DNA from: an uncultured Candidatus Rokubacteria bacterium
GTDB lineage: Bacteria; Methylomirabilota; Methylomirabilia; Rokubacteriales; CSP1-6
Assembly: GCA_963754315.1 (NCBI GenBank)
Contig: CAVWFS010000019.1
Span: 320,001 to 384,000, forward strand
Reading direction: 5' to 3'
DNA length: 64,000 nucleotides
Shown here in pieces: positions 8,986 through 18,873 of this stretch. The position numbers were made by a program, and so were the translations under genes. Position 1 is the first letter of the stretch; the number at the start of each line of letters is the position of its first letter. Under the pieces are notes generated by a model. It made no database searches. It was not told the origin of the DNA and saw nothing but the letters and a program-made list of their open reading frames with translations.

Positions 8986-10698
8986 ATGGCGGCGCTCGCA
9001 CTCGTGCCGGCCCTGAGCTACGGGACGGCAGCGGGCGGCCCGGCCATCCCCGGCAGTCCTCGCCTGATTTCCGTGGATTTCCAGGACGCCGACATCGTGA
9101 ACGTGATCCGGATCCTGGCTGCCGAGAGCGGAAGGAATGTCGTCATCGGGGACGACGTCAAGGGCAAGATGTCTCTCAAGCTTCACAACGTTCCCTGGGA
9201 GCACGCGCTACAGACGGTTCTCGAAGCAAAAGGTCTCCAGCAGATCGATCGCGATCGAGTCATCAGGATCGTGTCCAGCGAACAGCTCGAACGAGAGCGC
9301 GGCGCCGCCTCGCGCCTTGACGAGGCCAAGCGGAAAGCCGAGGCGGAGACGCGCGCCAAGGAAGCCGAGGCCCAGGCCAAGGAGATCGAAGCGCACGCGA
9401 AGCAACACGAATTGCTCCGCAAGCGACGGCAGGAGGAGGACGAGGCGAGGGAGTTGGCCGCTCGCGGCCCTCTCACCGAGGCCACGATCCGCCTCTACTA
9501 CGCCGACGCGGAGGAAGTGGCGAAGACCCTGCAGGGTCTTCTGGGGATGACTCCTGACGAGGCACCCCGCAAGCGAGAGGCGGTCTCCGGCCCTCCCGTG
9601 ATTCCCGAGCCTCCCTTCTCCACCCTCTTCGGCCCGCCGCCCCTGCCTCCGCCCCCGGCCCCGGTGCCCCCGGAAGTCCTGGACAAGCGGTTAACTATTC
9701 GGGCCTTCAAACCCACCAATACGCTGTTCTTGCGGCTCTACGCCTCGGACATCTCGCGGATTCGCTCGCTCATTCGCGAGTCGATGGATATCCCTCTCCC
9801 CCAGGTGAAGATCGAGGCACGCATGGAGATCCTCGATCGCAATGCCCTCGAGCAACTCGGCGTCCAGTGGGGCGGCTTCGTGGCCCAGAACGCCGGCCAG
9901 CAGACCCTGATCGGCCAGGGATTCACGTCGGGAGGGCCGACGGGGACAGGGACTCCCACTCCGGTCCAGGGATTGAACCCGCCGAACAGCGGCCTCAATC
10001 TCTCGCAGGGCCTCCCCGTCAGCTCCCAGTCCGGTCTGCCGCTGGGAGGCAACATCGTGAATCTCCCCATCAGCACGTTGCCGAACGCCGGACCGTTGCC
10101 CACGGTGGGGGTGGCGTTCGGCATCGTCGGCACCAATCTCAACATCAATTTCGCGCTCCAGGCTCTCGCCGAGCAAGGCAAGAGCCGGACCCTGGCCCGC
10201 CCCGAGATCGTGACGGTAGAAAATAGCAAGGCGGCCATCGAGCTGGGCGAGGAGATCCCGTTCACGACCGTGAGCTCTGCCGGCACTCAAATTCAGTTCA
10301 AGAACGCCTCGCTCAAGCTCGAGGTGACACCAGCGGTCATCCACGAGGATAAGCAGAACAAGATCAAGATGCTGGTGGTGGTCGAGAACAACTCGCGCGG
10401 GCAGACCGTGAATCTCGGCGCCGCCGGTCAGCCGCCGGCGATCAATACGCGCAAGGCCAGCACGCAGGTGCTCATCAGGGAGGGTGAACGGCTCGTCATC
10501 GGTGGCGTGGCGCAGACAACGGCCTCCAACACGGTCCGCAAAGTGCCAGTCCTCGGCGACATTCCCATCATTCGTGCCCTCTTCCGCATCAGGGAAGATT
10601 TCGAGCAAGGTCGCGAGCTCGTGGTCTTCCTGACCCCCAGCGTGCTCCGTCCGTCCAGCTCAGACCGGCCGGCTGCCCCTTCCCGGGAAGAGCCCTGA
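8986..10698 (+). CDS. pilQ: Type IV pilus secretin PilQ
   Basis: ISVDFQDADIVNVIRILA STN domain, PQVKIEAR, LKLEVTP, VPVLGDIPIIRALF, ELVVFLTP. Confidence 0.93.
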   Translation: MAALALVPALSYGTAAGGPAIPGSPRLISVDFQDADIVNVIRILAAESGRNVVIGDDVKGKMSLKLHNVPWEHALQTVLEAKGLQQIDRDRVIRIVSSEQLERERGAASRLDEAKRKAEAETRAKEAEAQAKEIEAHAKQHELLRKRRQEEDEARELAARGPLTEATIRLYYADAEEVAKTLQGLLGMTPDEAPRKREAVSGPPVIPEPPFSTLFGPPPLPPPPAPVPPEVLDKRLTIRAFKPTNTLFLRLYASDISRIRSLIRESMDIPLPQVKIEARMEILDRNALEQLGVQWGGFVAQNAGQQTLIGQGFTSGGPTGTGTPTPVQGLNPPNSGLNLSQGLPVSSQSGLPLGGNIVNLPISTLPNAGPLPTVGVAFGIVGTNLNINFALQALAEQGKSRTLARPEIVTVENSKAAIELGEEIPFTTVSSAGTQIQFKNASLKLEVTPAVIHEDKQNKIKMLVVVENNSRGQTVNLGAAGQPPAINTRKASTQVLIREGERLVIGGVAQTTASNTVRKVPVLGDIPIIRALFRIREDFEQGRELVVFLTPSVLRPSSSDRPAAPSREEP

Positions 10699-10738
10699 CC
10701 GGCTCCGGCGTGGTAATCTAGCTCCGGGCGGCTCTCCG

Positions 10739-11821
10739 ATGGTCATTCCTGTCCAGCTCAGTCAGCAGGCCTACACGATCGTGGTGGAGCGCGGCGCCCT
10801 CCATAGGGTGGCCGAGTACCTGCGCGAGCTTCGCGTGGGGCGGCGCGCCGCCCTCGTCACCTCACCGGAGATCGGCCGGCACTACGGAAAGCCCGTGGCC
10901 GACCGTCTGCGGGAGGCCGGATTTGCGGTGACGGTGGTGGAGATTCCCGACGGCGAGGCCGCCAAGCAGCTACCGGTGGCCGAGCGCTGCTGGAGCGCGC
11001 TCCTGGAGGCTGGGCTGGACCGTGGCTCGACCGTCCTCGCGCTCGGTGGAGGCGCGGTCGGCGACCTGGCGGGGTTCGTGGCCGCCACCTTCATGCGAGG
11101 CGTGAACTTCGTTCAGCTGCCCACCACCGTGCTGGCTCAGGTGGACGCGTCTATCGGCGGCAAGACCGCCATCGATCATCCTAAGGCCAAAAACCTGATC
11201 GGAGCCTTCTACCAGCCGCGTATGGTCGTCGCCGACACGTTGACCATCGGGACGTTGTCCGACCGCGAGTTCCGCTCGGGGCTGGCCGAGGTGGTCAAGC
11301 ACGGCATCGTCCTCGACGGCAACTACTTCGCGCTGGTCGAGCGCGAAGCCGCTCGCATTCTCGCCCGCGATCCCGAGATCCTGGAGCAGGTGATCGGTGG
11401 CTCATGCCGGCTGAAGGCGGGGGTGGTCGAGCGTGACGAACGCGAGGCCGATCTACGGGCTGTGCTGAACTACGGTCATACTATTGGCCACGCTATGGAG
11501 GCGGCTACTCAGTACGGGCGCTGGACGCACGGCGAGGCGGTCGCCCTCGGGATGGTGGGCGAGGCGAGGCTGGCGCGGCGGCTCGGGCTCGCCTCCGAGC
11601 AGACGGTAGCCCGCCAGATCGCCATCCTCGACGTCCTCGGACTGCCCATCCGAGCGAGCGGGATCGACGTCGAGGCGGTGCTGGCCGCCATGACGCGCGA
11701 CAAGAAGTCGAAGGACGGCCAGGTGCCGTTCGTGCTCGCGCCCGAGATCGGGTCCTTCAAGGTCACCTACGGGATAGCCCGGGACGATGTGCGGGCCGTC
11801 CTCGAGGGACTGGGGGGGTGA
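10739..11821 (+). CDS. aroB: 3-dehydroquinate synthase
   Basis: LGGGAVGDLAGF, AQVDASIGGKT, LNYGHTIGHA, HGEAV. Confidence 0.97.
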   Translation: MVIPVQLSQQAYTIVVERGALHRVAEYLRELRVGRRAALVTSPEIGRHYGKPVADRLREAGFAVTVVEIPDGEAAKQLPVAERCWSALLEAGLDRGSTVLALGGGAVGDLAGFVAATFMRGVNFVQLPTTVLAQVDASIGGKTAIDHPKAKNLIGAFYQPRMVVADTLTIGTLSDREFRSGLAEVVKHGIVLDGNYFALVEREAARILARDPEILEQVIGGSCRLKAGVVERDEREADLRAVLNYGHTIGHAMEAATQYGRWTHGEAVALGMVGEARLARRLGLASEQTVARQIAILDVLGLPIRASGIDVEAVLAAMTRDKKSKDGQVPFVLAPEIGSFKVTYGIARDDVRAVLEGLGG

Positions 11822-12462
11822 TGCAGCCCACGCAAGTCAGCGACGACGATACAGTCGCAGCCGCCATCAAGCGCCACGAAGAGCGTCTGGCACGCGACCC
11901 GACTTCGCTGGCGTTCGCCCAGCTCGCCGAGCTCTATCGGCGGGCGGGGCGACCTGCTGACGCCGTGGCGCGCTGTCGGGAGGGCCTTGCTCGCTATCCC
12001 CACTACACGGCGGCGCGGCTCATCCTTGCCCGTGCCCTTGCCGATGAGGGGCAGGTCGAAACGGCCATGACCGAAGTGCACGCCATCCTCGAGTTGAGCC
12101 CCAAGGATATCCAGGCTCATCGCTTCGCGGCAGAGATGGCTCGCAAGCAGGGTGACATCGACACCGCCGTGCGCCACCTCGAAGCGGCCGTGGCCCTCGA
12201 TACCGGCGACCGCGCGTCCCGGACCCTCCTGGGCCTGCTGCGCGCCGACCCCGCCGCCCGGACCGATCAGAGCGGGGTGGCGCGCCTCCTGAATGACGAC
12301 ACCTTCGTGACGATGCCCTTCGGCACCCTCTGCCTCGAGCAGGGGCTGATCGAGGAGGCCGCCCAGGTGTTCACCCGGTTACTGAGAAAAGACCCCAATC
12401 ACGCGGAGGCGCGGGCCGGTCTCGAGCAGGTGCTGCGCGCCCGCCTCCGACGCCGAGGCTAG
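11818..12462 (+). CDS. Tetratricopeptide repeat protein
   Basis: DPTSLAFAQLAELYRR..GLARYPHYTAAR helical TPR pattern. Confidence 0.8.
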   Translation: MMQPTQVSDDDTVAAAIKRHEERLARDPTSLAFAQLAELYRRAGRPADAVARCREGLARYPHYTAARLILARALADEGQVETAMTEVHAILELSPKDIQAHRFAAEMARKQGDIDTAVRHLEAAVALDTGDRASRTLLGLLRADPAARTDQSGVARLLNDDTFVTMPFGTLCLEQGLIEEAAQVFTRLLRKDPNHAEARAGLEQVLRARLRRRG

Positions 12463-12468
12463 ACAGTC

Positions 12469-13508
<1,040 letters not shown>

Positions 13509-13521
13509 CCTGCCCGCCCTG

Positions 13522-14868
13522 ATGTTTCACAAGATCCTCATCGCCAACCGTGGCGAGATCGCGCTCAGGGTCATCCGCACATGTCGCGAGCTGGGTATTC
13601 CCACGGTGCTCGCCTACTCGAAGGCGGATGCCGGGTCCCTCCCAGTGAAGCTGGCCGACGAGTCGATCTGCGTGGGCCCCGACGACGCACGCTCCAGCTA
13701 CCTCAACATCCCGGCCATCGTGTCGGCCGCGGCCGTGACCGATAGCGAGGCCATCCACCCCGGCTACGGCTTCCTGGCCGAGAACGCTGCCTTCGCCGAG
13801 GTGTGCCGTGCCTGCTCGATCACCTTCATCGGTCCCACTCCCGAGGCCATCCGGCTGATGGGCGACAAGGTTCAGGCGCGGATGATGGCCAAGCAGGCGG
13901 GTGTGCCGGTGGTGCCTGGCAGCGACGGCCCGCTCACGAGCGCGGCCGAGGCGCGGGAGCTGGTCGAACGCATCGGCTGTCCCATCATCTTCAAGGCGGC
14001 GGCGGGCGGCGGGGGCCGCGGAATGCGGATCGTGCGCGAGCCGGACGCAGCCGGCCGAGCGTTTTCGGCATGCCAGTCCGAGGCGGGTGCAGCCTTCGGC
14101 TCTTCTGACGTCTACGCCGAGAAGTTTATCGAGGGGGCACGTCACATCGAGGTGCAGGTGCTGGGCGACAAGAACGGGATCCGCGTGCACCTAGGCGAGC
14201 GCGACTGCTCCGTCCAGCGCCGCCACCAGAAGCTCATCGAGGAGTCGCCGGCGCCTACCCTGACCCCCGGCACCCGGTCCGGTCTGCACAAGGCCGCCCT
14301 CACCGTGGCCGGGGCCGTGAACTACACGAGCGCGGGCACGGTCGAGTTCCTCGTCGACGGGGACGGTCGTTACTACTTCATCGAGATGAACACCCGCATC
14401 CAGGTCGAGCATCCTGTGACGGAAATGATCACCGGGATCGATCTCGTGCGTGAGCAGATCCGCATCGCCGCCGGCGAGCCACTCGGCTACCGGCAGGACG
14501 CGATCCCCTTCACTGGCCATGCCATCGAGTGCCGGGTGAACGCCGAGGACCCCGAAACGTTCGTACCCAGCGCGGGGCGTGTGACCGCGTGGGTGCCGCC
14601 GGGTGGGTTCGGCGTCAGGGTCGACAGCCATCTCATGGCCCCGTACGGAGTCCCCCCGTTCTACGACTCGCTCATCGCCAAGATCATCGTCCACGGCCGC
14701 GAGCGGTCGGAGGCCATCGCCCGCATGCGGCGCGCTCTGCTGGAGACGATCGTTGAGGGTGTGAAGACGACGATCCCCTTCCACCTGAAGGTCCTCGGCG
14801 ATCCCGCATTCGTGGAGGGCCGCTTCACGGGCGGCCGACGGGGCGAGGCTGCACGGCTGAGCATCTAG
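13522..14868 (+). CDS. accC: Biotin carboxylase
   Basis: KILIANRGEIA, HPGYGFLAEN, GGGGRGMR, EMNTRIQVEH, YDSLIAK. Confidence 0.97.
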   Translation: MFHKILIANRGEIALRVIRTCRELGIPTVLAYSKADAGSLPVKLADESICVGPDDARSSYLNIPAIVSAAAVTDSEAIHPGYGFLAENAAFAEVCRACSITFIGPTPEAIRLMGDKVQARMMAKQAGVPVVPGSDGPLTSAAEARELVERIGCPIIFKAAAGGGGRGMRIVREPDAAGRAFSACQSEAGAAFGSSDVYAEKFIEGARHIEVQVLGDKNGIRVHLGERDCSVQRRHQKLIEESPAPTLTPGTRSGLHKAALTVAGAVNYTSAGTVEFLVDGDGRYYFIEMNTRIQVEHPVTEMITGIDLVREQIRIAAGEPLGYRQDAIPFTGHAIECRVNAEDPETFVPSAGRVTAWVPPGGFGVRVDSHLMAPYGVPPFYDSLIAKIIVHGRERSEAIARMRRALLETIVEGVKTTIPFHLKVLGDPAFVEGRFTGGRRGEAARLSI

Positions 14869-16106
14869 CCCTCTGGGTGGCGGAAGGCCTCCAATTGTGG
14901 CAGAAGATCCCGGAGCAGCAGCCTGCGCTTGAAGGGCAGGACGGCGGCCGGGAGCGCGCCCGCACGCACCGCCAGATGGCGAGGAACCGCCACGATGAGC
15001 TTCGTCCTCCGCACGGCGGCGAGCGTCCGGAGCTTATCGGTCAGGTACTCGGGAGTCCAGTAGCCGACGATCTCCAGCGCCACCGAGGTGCCGTCTTCGT
15101 GGTGGAACACGAAGTCGGGCACAACGAGGCTCCCGCCCGCCTCGAGCACCGCACCCTCCCGCACCAGTGTCCAGCCGGCGCGCGTGTGGCCGAACTTGCG
15201 CGCGATGGCGGCTTCCAGGTCCGAGTCGAACTCGGGCGGGGCCGCTAGCCCTTGTCCCAAGCCGTCGGCTGACTCGAGGGCAAAGCTGAGTGGTCGCCAG
15301 CCCCGGCGCAGCTCGATCTCGGCCAGGAGCCGCCAATCCCCCAGGCGGACGAGCGCCGCCAGGAACCGCGCGAAGTCCACTCCATAGGCACGCGTGCGGC
15401 GCAGGATCGAGCTCGGACCATCCAGCACGAAGCGATACGTGTCGGCGACGCGCGCGCGGGCGGCGCGGCCCCCTTCGCCCCGTGGTGATCCTGCTGCCGT
15501 TCCGCCCCGCACGCGCTCGACCCGGTAGAGCAGCCGCGCCAGGCGCGCGTAGCGAAGGATGTGCTTGAACTCGCGACCGGCCTCCACGGTGACCTTTGTC
15601 GCCGAGTAGAGCAAGGCCTGGGCTTGGGCGAGATCGTAGTCGGCGCGAAGAGCGTGGGCGGTGTAGTCGGTCGGGAAGGCGGCAAGCCGGTGGAACTCGG
15701 GATAGTCCGCGTACAGGCTGGCCACGGCCGCGGCGTGATCGCGCGGGGCCGGCGTGAAGGCCGCGCCGAGCAATGTGCAGACCGTAGTGGCCTCGAGCAA
15801 CGGATGCGCGGCCGCCGCTCGCTCGAAGACATCGACCCGCCGTTGTGCCGACCGAGATGGCGATGGCCACTCATAGGTTGCCACGTCGTCCAGGAGCTTC
15901 ACGACTGGCTCGATGCGGTCCGGCCGAAACCCCTCCAGAGCCAGGCGGGCGGCATTGCGGACCTGACCACGAGCCTGCCCCAGGCGCGCCCGGTAGACGG
16001 CCAGCGCCCCCTCGAGGAAGGGCACCGCCTCGTCCTCGAGCCGGTCAGAACAGATCGAGCTGGTTCGCTTGTCCCAGTGATAAACGCGGAGCGCGGCGGT
16101 AAGCAT
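14865..16106 (-). CDS. DUF790 family (Bax1-like) PD-(D/E)xK endonuclease
   Basis: LYADY, YDLAQAQALLY, LDGPSS..TRAYG, FDSDLE, VPDFVF..LEIVGYWTPEYL; ATG at 16106. Confidence 0.88.
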   Translation of the reverse strand: MLTAALRVYHWDKRTSSICSDRLEDEAVPFLEGALAVYRARLGQARGQVRNAARLALEGFRPDRIEPVVKLLDDVATYEWPSPSRSAQRRVDVFERAAAAHPLLEATTVCTLLGAAFTPAPRDHAAAVASLYADYPEFHRLAAFPTDYTAHALRADYDLAQAQALLYSATKVTVEAGREFKHILRYARLARLLYRVERVRGGTAAGSPRGEGGRAARARVADTYRFVLDGPSSILRRTRAYGVDFARFLAALVRLGDWRLLAEIELRRGWRPLSFALESADGLGQGLAAPPEFDSDLEAAIARKFGHTRAGWTLVREGAVLEAGGSLVVPDFVFHHEDGTSVALEIVGYWTPEYLTDKLRTLAAVRRTKLIVAVPRHLAVRAGALPAAVLPFKRRLLLRDLLPQLEAFRHPEG

Positions 16107-17457
16107 CGGTCCTTCGCCGGCGTCGGGCCCGGGCCACGTCGGGAGTCTCCTGGAGGATGACCTCGTAAAGGCGGGCCGTACGGTCGCCCGATCTCCGAAG
16201 CAGCCGGCCCAGGCGTTGGATCGCTTCGCGGACGCCCTTGTCACCGCCCAGCACGACGCCGACCTTCACGGCGGGGGCATCCCATCCCTCGTTGAGGACC
16301 TCACACGCCGCCAGGGCCATCAGCCGGCCGCTCGCGAAGGCGTCCAGGACTCGGTTGCGCTCGTGCTTGTCGGAGTGAGCGGTCAGCGCGGGGATCAGGA
16401 ACCGCGCCGACACGTCCAGGGCCATGCGGTTGGAGGCCGTGAAGATGACGCACGGTTCGTTCGGGTGCAGGCGCAGGATGTCTTCCAGCACCCGGAGCTT
16501 CTCCACGGAGCGGTTGACGATGGCCAGTTTGCGCCGCCAGCGGCGGAGGATCTCGCGCGCCTCGGGATCGGTGCGGGAACGCCGGGCCAGCTCGGCCCAC
16601 TCGAAGCCTCCTTCCTCGCGGCGCCGACTGGCGATGTAGTGGCGGATGCTCTGTGACAGCTCGTCGAACTCCGCCTGTTCTGCCTCGCCGAGATGGATCG
16701 GCACCGTGACGAGCACGTAGTCGGCGACGGTCCGGCCTCGCGCCTCGGCCAGATCCTCCTCGTAGACGACCGGCCCGACCAGCTCGCCCAGCATGGCCTC
16801 GCGGCCATCGGCCCGTGTGGGCGTGGCGCTCAGCCCCAGGCGCAGGGGGGCCAGGCAGTCGAGGGCGCTCTCGTGCTGGACCGGTCCCGGCAGGTGGTGA
16901 ACCTCATCGTAAACGATCAGCCGATAACGGTTGCCGATCTCCTTCATGTGAATCCAGGCGCTATCGTAGGTCGTCACCGTGATGGGCCAGACTTCCTGCC
17001 GACCGTCGCCGAGCACGCCGGCGTCGAAGCCGAGGCCTGTGCGAATGCGGCGCTGCCACTGGTACATCAGGTCGCGCAGCGGGGCCACCACCAAGGTGGG
17101 CGCCCGATGCTGCGCCATCAGGGCCATGGCGATTTCGGTCTTCCCGGTTCCGGTCGGCTTCACCACGACACCCCGGCCGCCCGCCCGTTCCCACGCATCG
17201 ATCGCCGCCTGTTGATCGGGCCGGAGCGCCGGTAGTTTCGGCCTCAGGGTCGGCGAGGGAAAGAAGTGCTCGGCGCGATCGGCGAGGTCTAGCCGGTAGG
17301 TCGCCGCGTCTTCCCGCACTCGCAGGTGGTTGATGGCCGCCGTGCGCCAGCTCCCCACCCGCGCATCCCAGACGAAATAGGGCGGCACCCGTGCCGTGGC
17401 CGGAGCGTTCAGCCGAAGCGAGCCTCGATCGAAGCTCAGGGCGTGTGGGCGAGCCAC
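16045..17457 (-). CDS. XPB/Rad25-like SF2 helicase (DEAD/DEAH box)
   Basis: LRPDQ, PTGTGKT, DEVH, LSATP, LNEGWD, QRLGRLLR; ends in QLDLF. Confidence 0.92.
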   Translation of the reverse strand: MARPHALSFDRGSLRLNAPATARVPPYFVWDARVGSWRTAAINHLRVREDAATYRLDLADRAEHFFPSPTLRPKLPALRPDQQAAIDAWERAGGRGVVVKPTGTGKTEIAMALMAQHRAPTLVVAPLRDLMYQWQRRIRTGLGFDAGVLGDGRQEVWPITVTTYDSAWIHMKEIGNRYRLIVYDEVHHLPGPVQHESALDCLAPLRLGLSATPTRADGREAMLGELVGPVVYEEDLAEARGRTVADYVLVTVPIHLGEAEQAEFDELSQSIRHYIASRRREEGGFEWAELARRSRTDPEAREILRRWRRKLAIVNRSVEKLRVLEDILRLHPNEPCVIFTASNRMALDVSARFLIPALTAHSDKHERNRVLDAFASGRLMALAACEVLNEGWDAPAVKVGVVLGGDKGVREAIQRLGRLLRRSGDRTARLYEVILQETPDVARARRRRRTDAYRRAPRLSLGQANQLDLF

Positions 17458-17546
17458 GGCTCATGTCTAGCCGAGGGGCAGCCCAGATGCAAGTCGCCAA
17501 GGGAACCTGACCTGCCCCTCCCAGGTTGGGGGGGTCAATGGCGCAC

Positions 17547-17577
17547 TTGACCTTTCGGGGACCGCCACCGCTATAAT
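17547..17577 (+). promoter_or_regulatory. Candidate sigma70 promoter for the liv operon
   Basis: TTGACC (17547-52) and TATAAT (17572-77) with a long 19-nt spacer; GAGGAGG RBS downstream. Confidence 0.4.
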
Positions 17578-17622
17578 GCGCTCCAAAATCGACCCGCGTA
17601 GCTGCTCGAGGAGGATGCGCCC

Positions 17623-18816
17623 ATGAAATTGCTGCGTTCGGCGCTCGCGACGGCCGTCGTCATCGCGTTCGTCTCGGTCCCCATGGCCGCCAAGCTGGAA
17701 GCTCAGGCCAAGGGCACCATCAAGATCGCGACCCAGAGTCCGCTCAGCGGCGGCCAGGCTGCGCTCGGCGAGGGCATCAAGCTCGGCACCCAGCTCGCCG
17801 TCGAAAAGCTGAAGGGCAATCTCGAAAAACAGGGCTTCAAGGTCGAACTGGTCCCCTTCGACGATCAGGCCAAGCCCGACGTGGGGGTCGCCAATGCCAA
17901 GAACATCGTGGCCGACAAGGACATCCTGGCCGTCATTGGCCATCTGAACTCCGGCGTGGCCATTCCGTCCTCGGAGGTCTACAAGGACGCGACCTTGGCC
18001 ATGATCTCCCCCGCCAACACCAATCCCACCGTGACCGATCGCGGTTATCCCAACGTGAACCGAGTGTGCGGCCGCGACGACGTGCAGGGGGTGGTGGGTT
18101 CCGAGTTCGCGCACGGGACCATGAAGGCCAAGAGCGCCTACATCATCCACGACAAGACCACCTACGGTCAGGGCGTGGCCGAGTTCTTCAAGGCCGACGC
18201 CGAGAAGAAGGGCATCAAGATCCTCGGGTTCGAGGGCACGGAGGAGAAGTCCAACTTCGACCCGATCATCACCCCTCTCAAGGCCAAGAACCCCGACCTC
18301 ATCTACTTCGGCGGCATCTACGAGCAGGCGGCGCCCTTCTTCAAGCAGGCGCGCGAGAAGGGGGTGAAGGCCAAGTTCCTCGGCCCCGACGGGCTGGACT
18401 CCTCGGACCTCACCAAGATCGCCGGGAAGGCCGTGGTGGGGATGAACTACACCTCGGTGGCTGGCCCCGTCTCCGTCTATCCGCAGGCCAAGCAGTTCGC
18501 CGACGAGTACAAGAAGAAGTTCGGCAAGAACCCGGAGCCCTTCGCGGCTCAGGCCTATGACGCGACGGCAATCGCGCTCAAGGCCATTGAGGCGGCGGCC
18601 AAGGGCGGCAAGATGCCGAGCCGCGAGGACGTCTCCAAGGAAGTCCGCAAGGTCAAGCACACGGGCATCACGGGTGCCGTCGAGTTCAACGACAAGGGTG
18701 ATCCCAAGAAGGCGCTCTACTTCGTGCTCCAGGTGGCCAGCGACAACCCTGAGAAGTGGGGCGACAACAAGGAAGTGAAGCGTCTCAGCATCGACGCGCC
18801 GACGGCGAAGAAGTAG
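17623..18816 (+). CDS. livK: Branched-chain amino acid ABC transporter substrate-binding protein
   Basis: Signal peptide, PLSG, DDQAKP, VIGHLNSGV, HDKTTYGQG, AYDA. Confidence 0.92.
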   Translation: MKLLRSALATAVVIAFVSVPMAAKLEAQAKGTIKIATQSPLSGGQAALGEGIKLGTQLAVEKLKGNLEKQGFKVELVPFDDQAKPDVGVANAKNIVADKDILAVIGHLNSGVAIPSSEVYKDATLAMISPANTNPTVTDRGYPNVNRVCGRDDVQGVVGSEFAHGTMKAKSAYIIHDKTTYGQGVAEFFKADAEKKGIKILGFEGTEEKSNFDPIITPLKAKNPDLIYFGGIYEQAAPFFKQAREKGVKAKFLGPDGLDSSDLTKIAGKAVVGMNYTSVAGPVSVYPQAKQFADEYKKKFGKNPEPFAAQAYDATAIALKAIEAAAKGGKMPSREDVSKEVRKVKHTGITGAVEFNDKGDPKKALYFVLQVASDNPEKWGDNKEVKRLSIDAPTAKK

Positions 18817-18825
18817 CCCGGCCCG

Positions 18826-18856
18826 GGCGAGAGGCGGCCGGGGGCCGCCTCTCGCC
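18826..18856 (+). promoter_or_regulatory. 14-bp perfect intercistronic hairpin after livK
   Basis: GGCGAGAGGCGGCC-ggg-GGCCGCCTCTCGCC with no U-tract; typical of elements that stabilise SBP mRNA. Confidence 0.6.
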
Positions 18857-18873
18857 ACCCCCCGCCGCGCCGC

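Noticed and set aside
17458..17622. LexA/SOS box upstream of the helicase
   Set aside because: No CTGT-N8-ACAG or GAAC-N4-GTTC match; the lineage's own box is unknown to me
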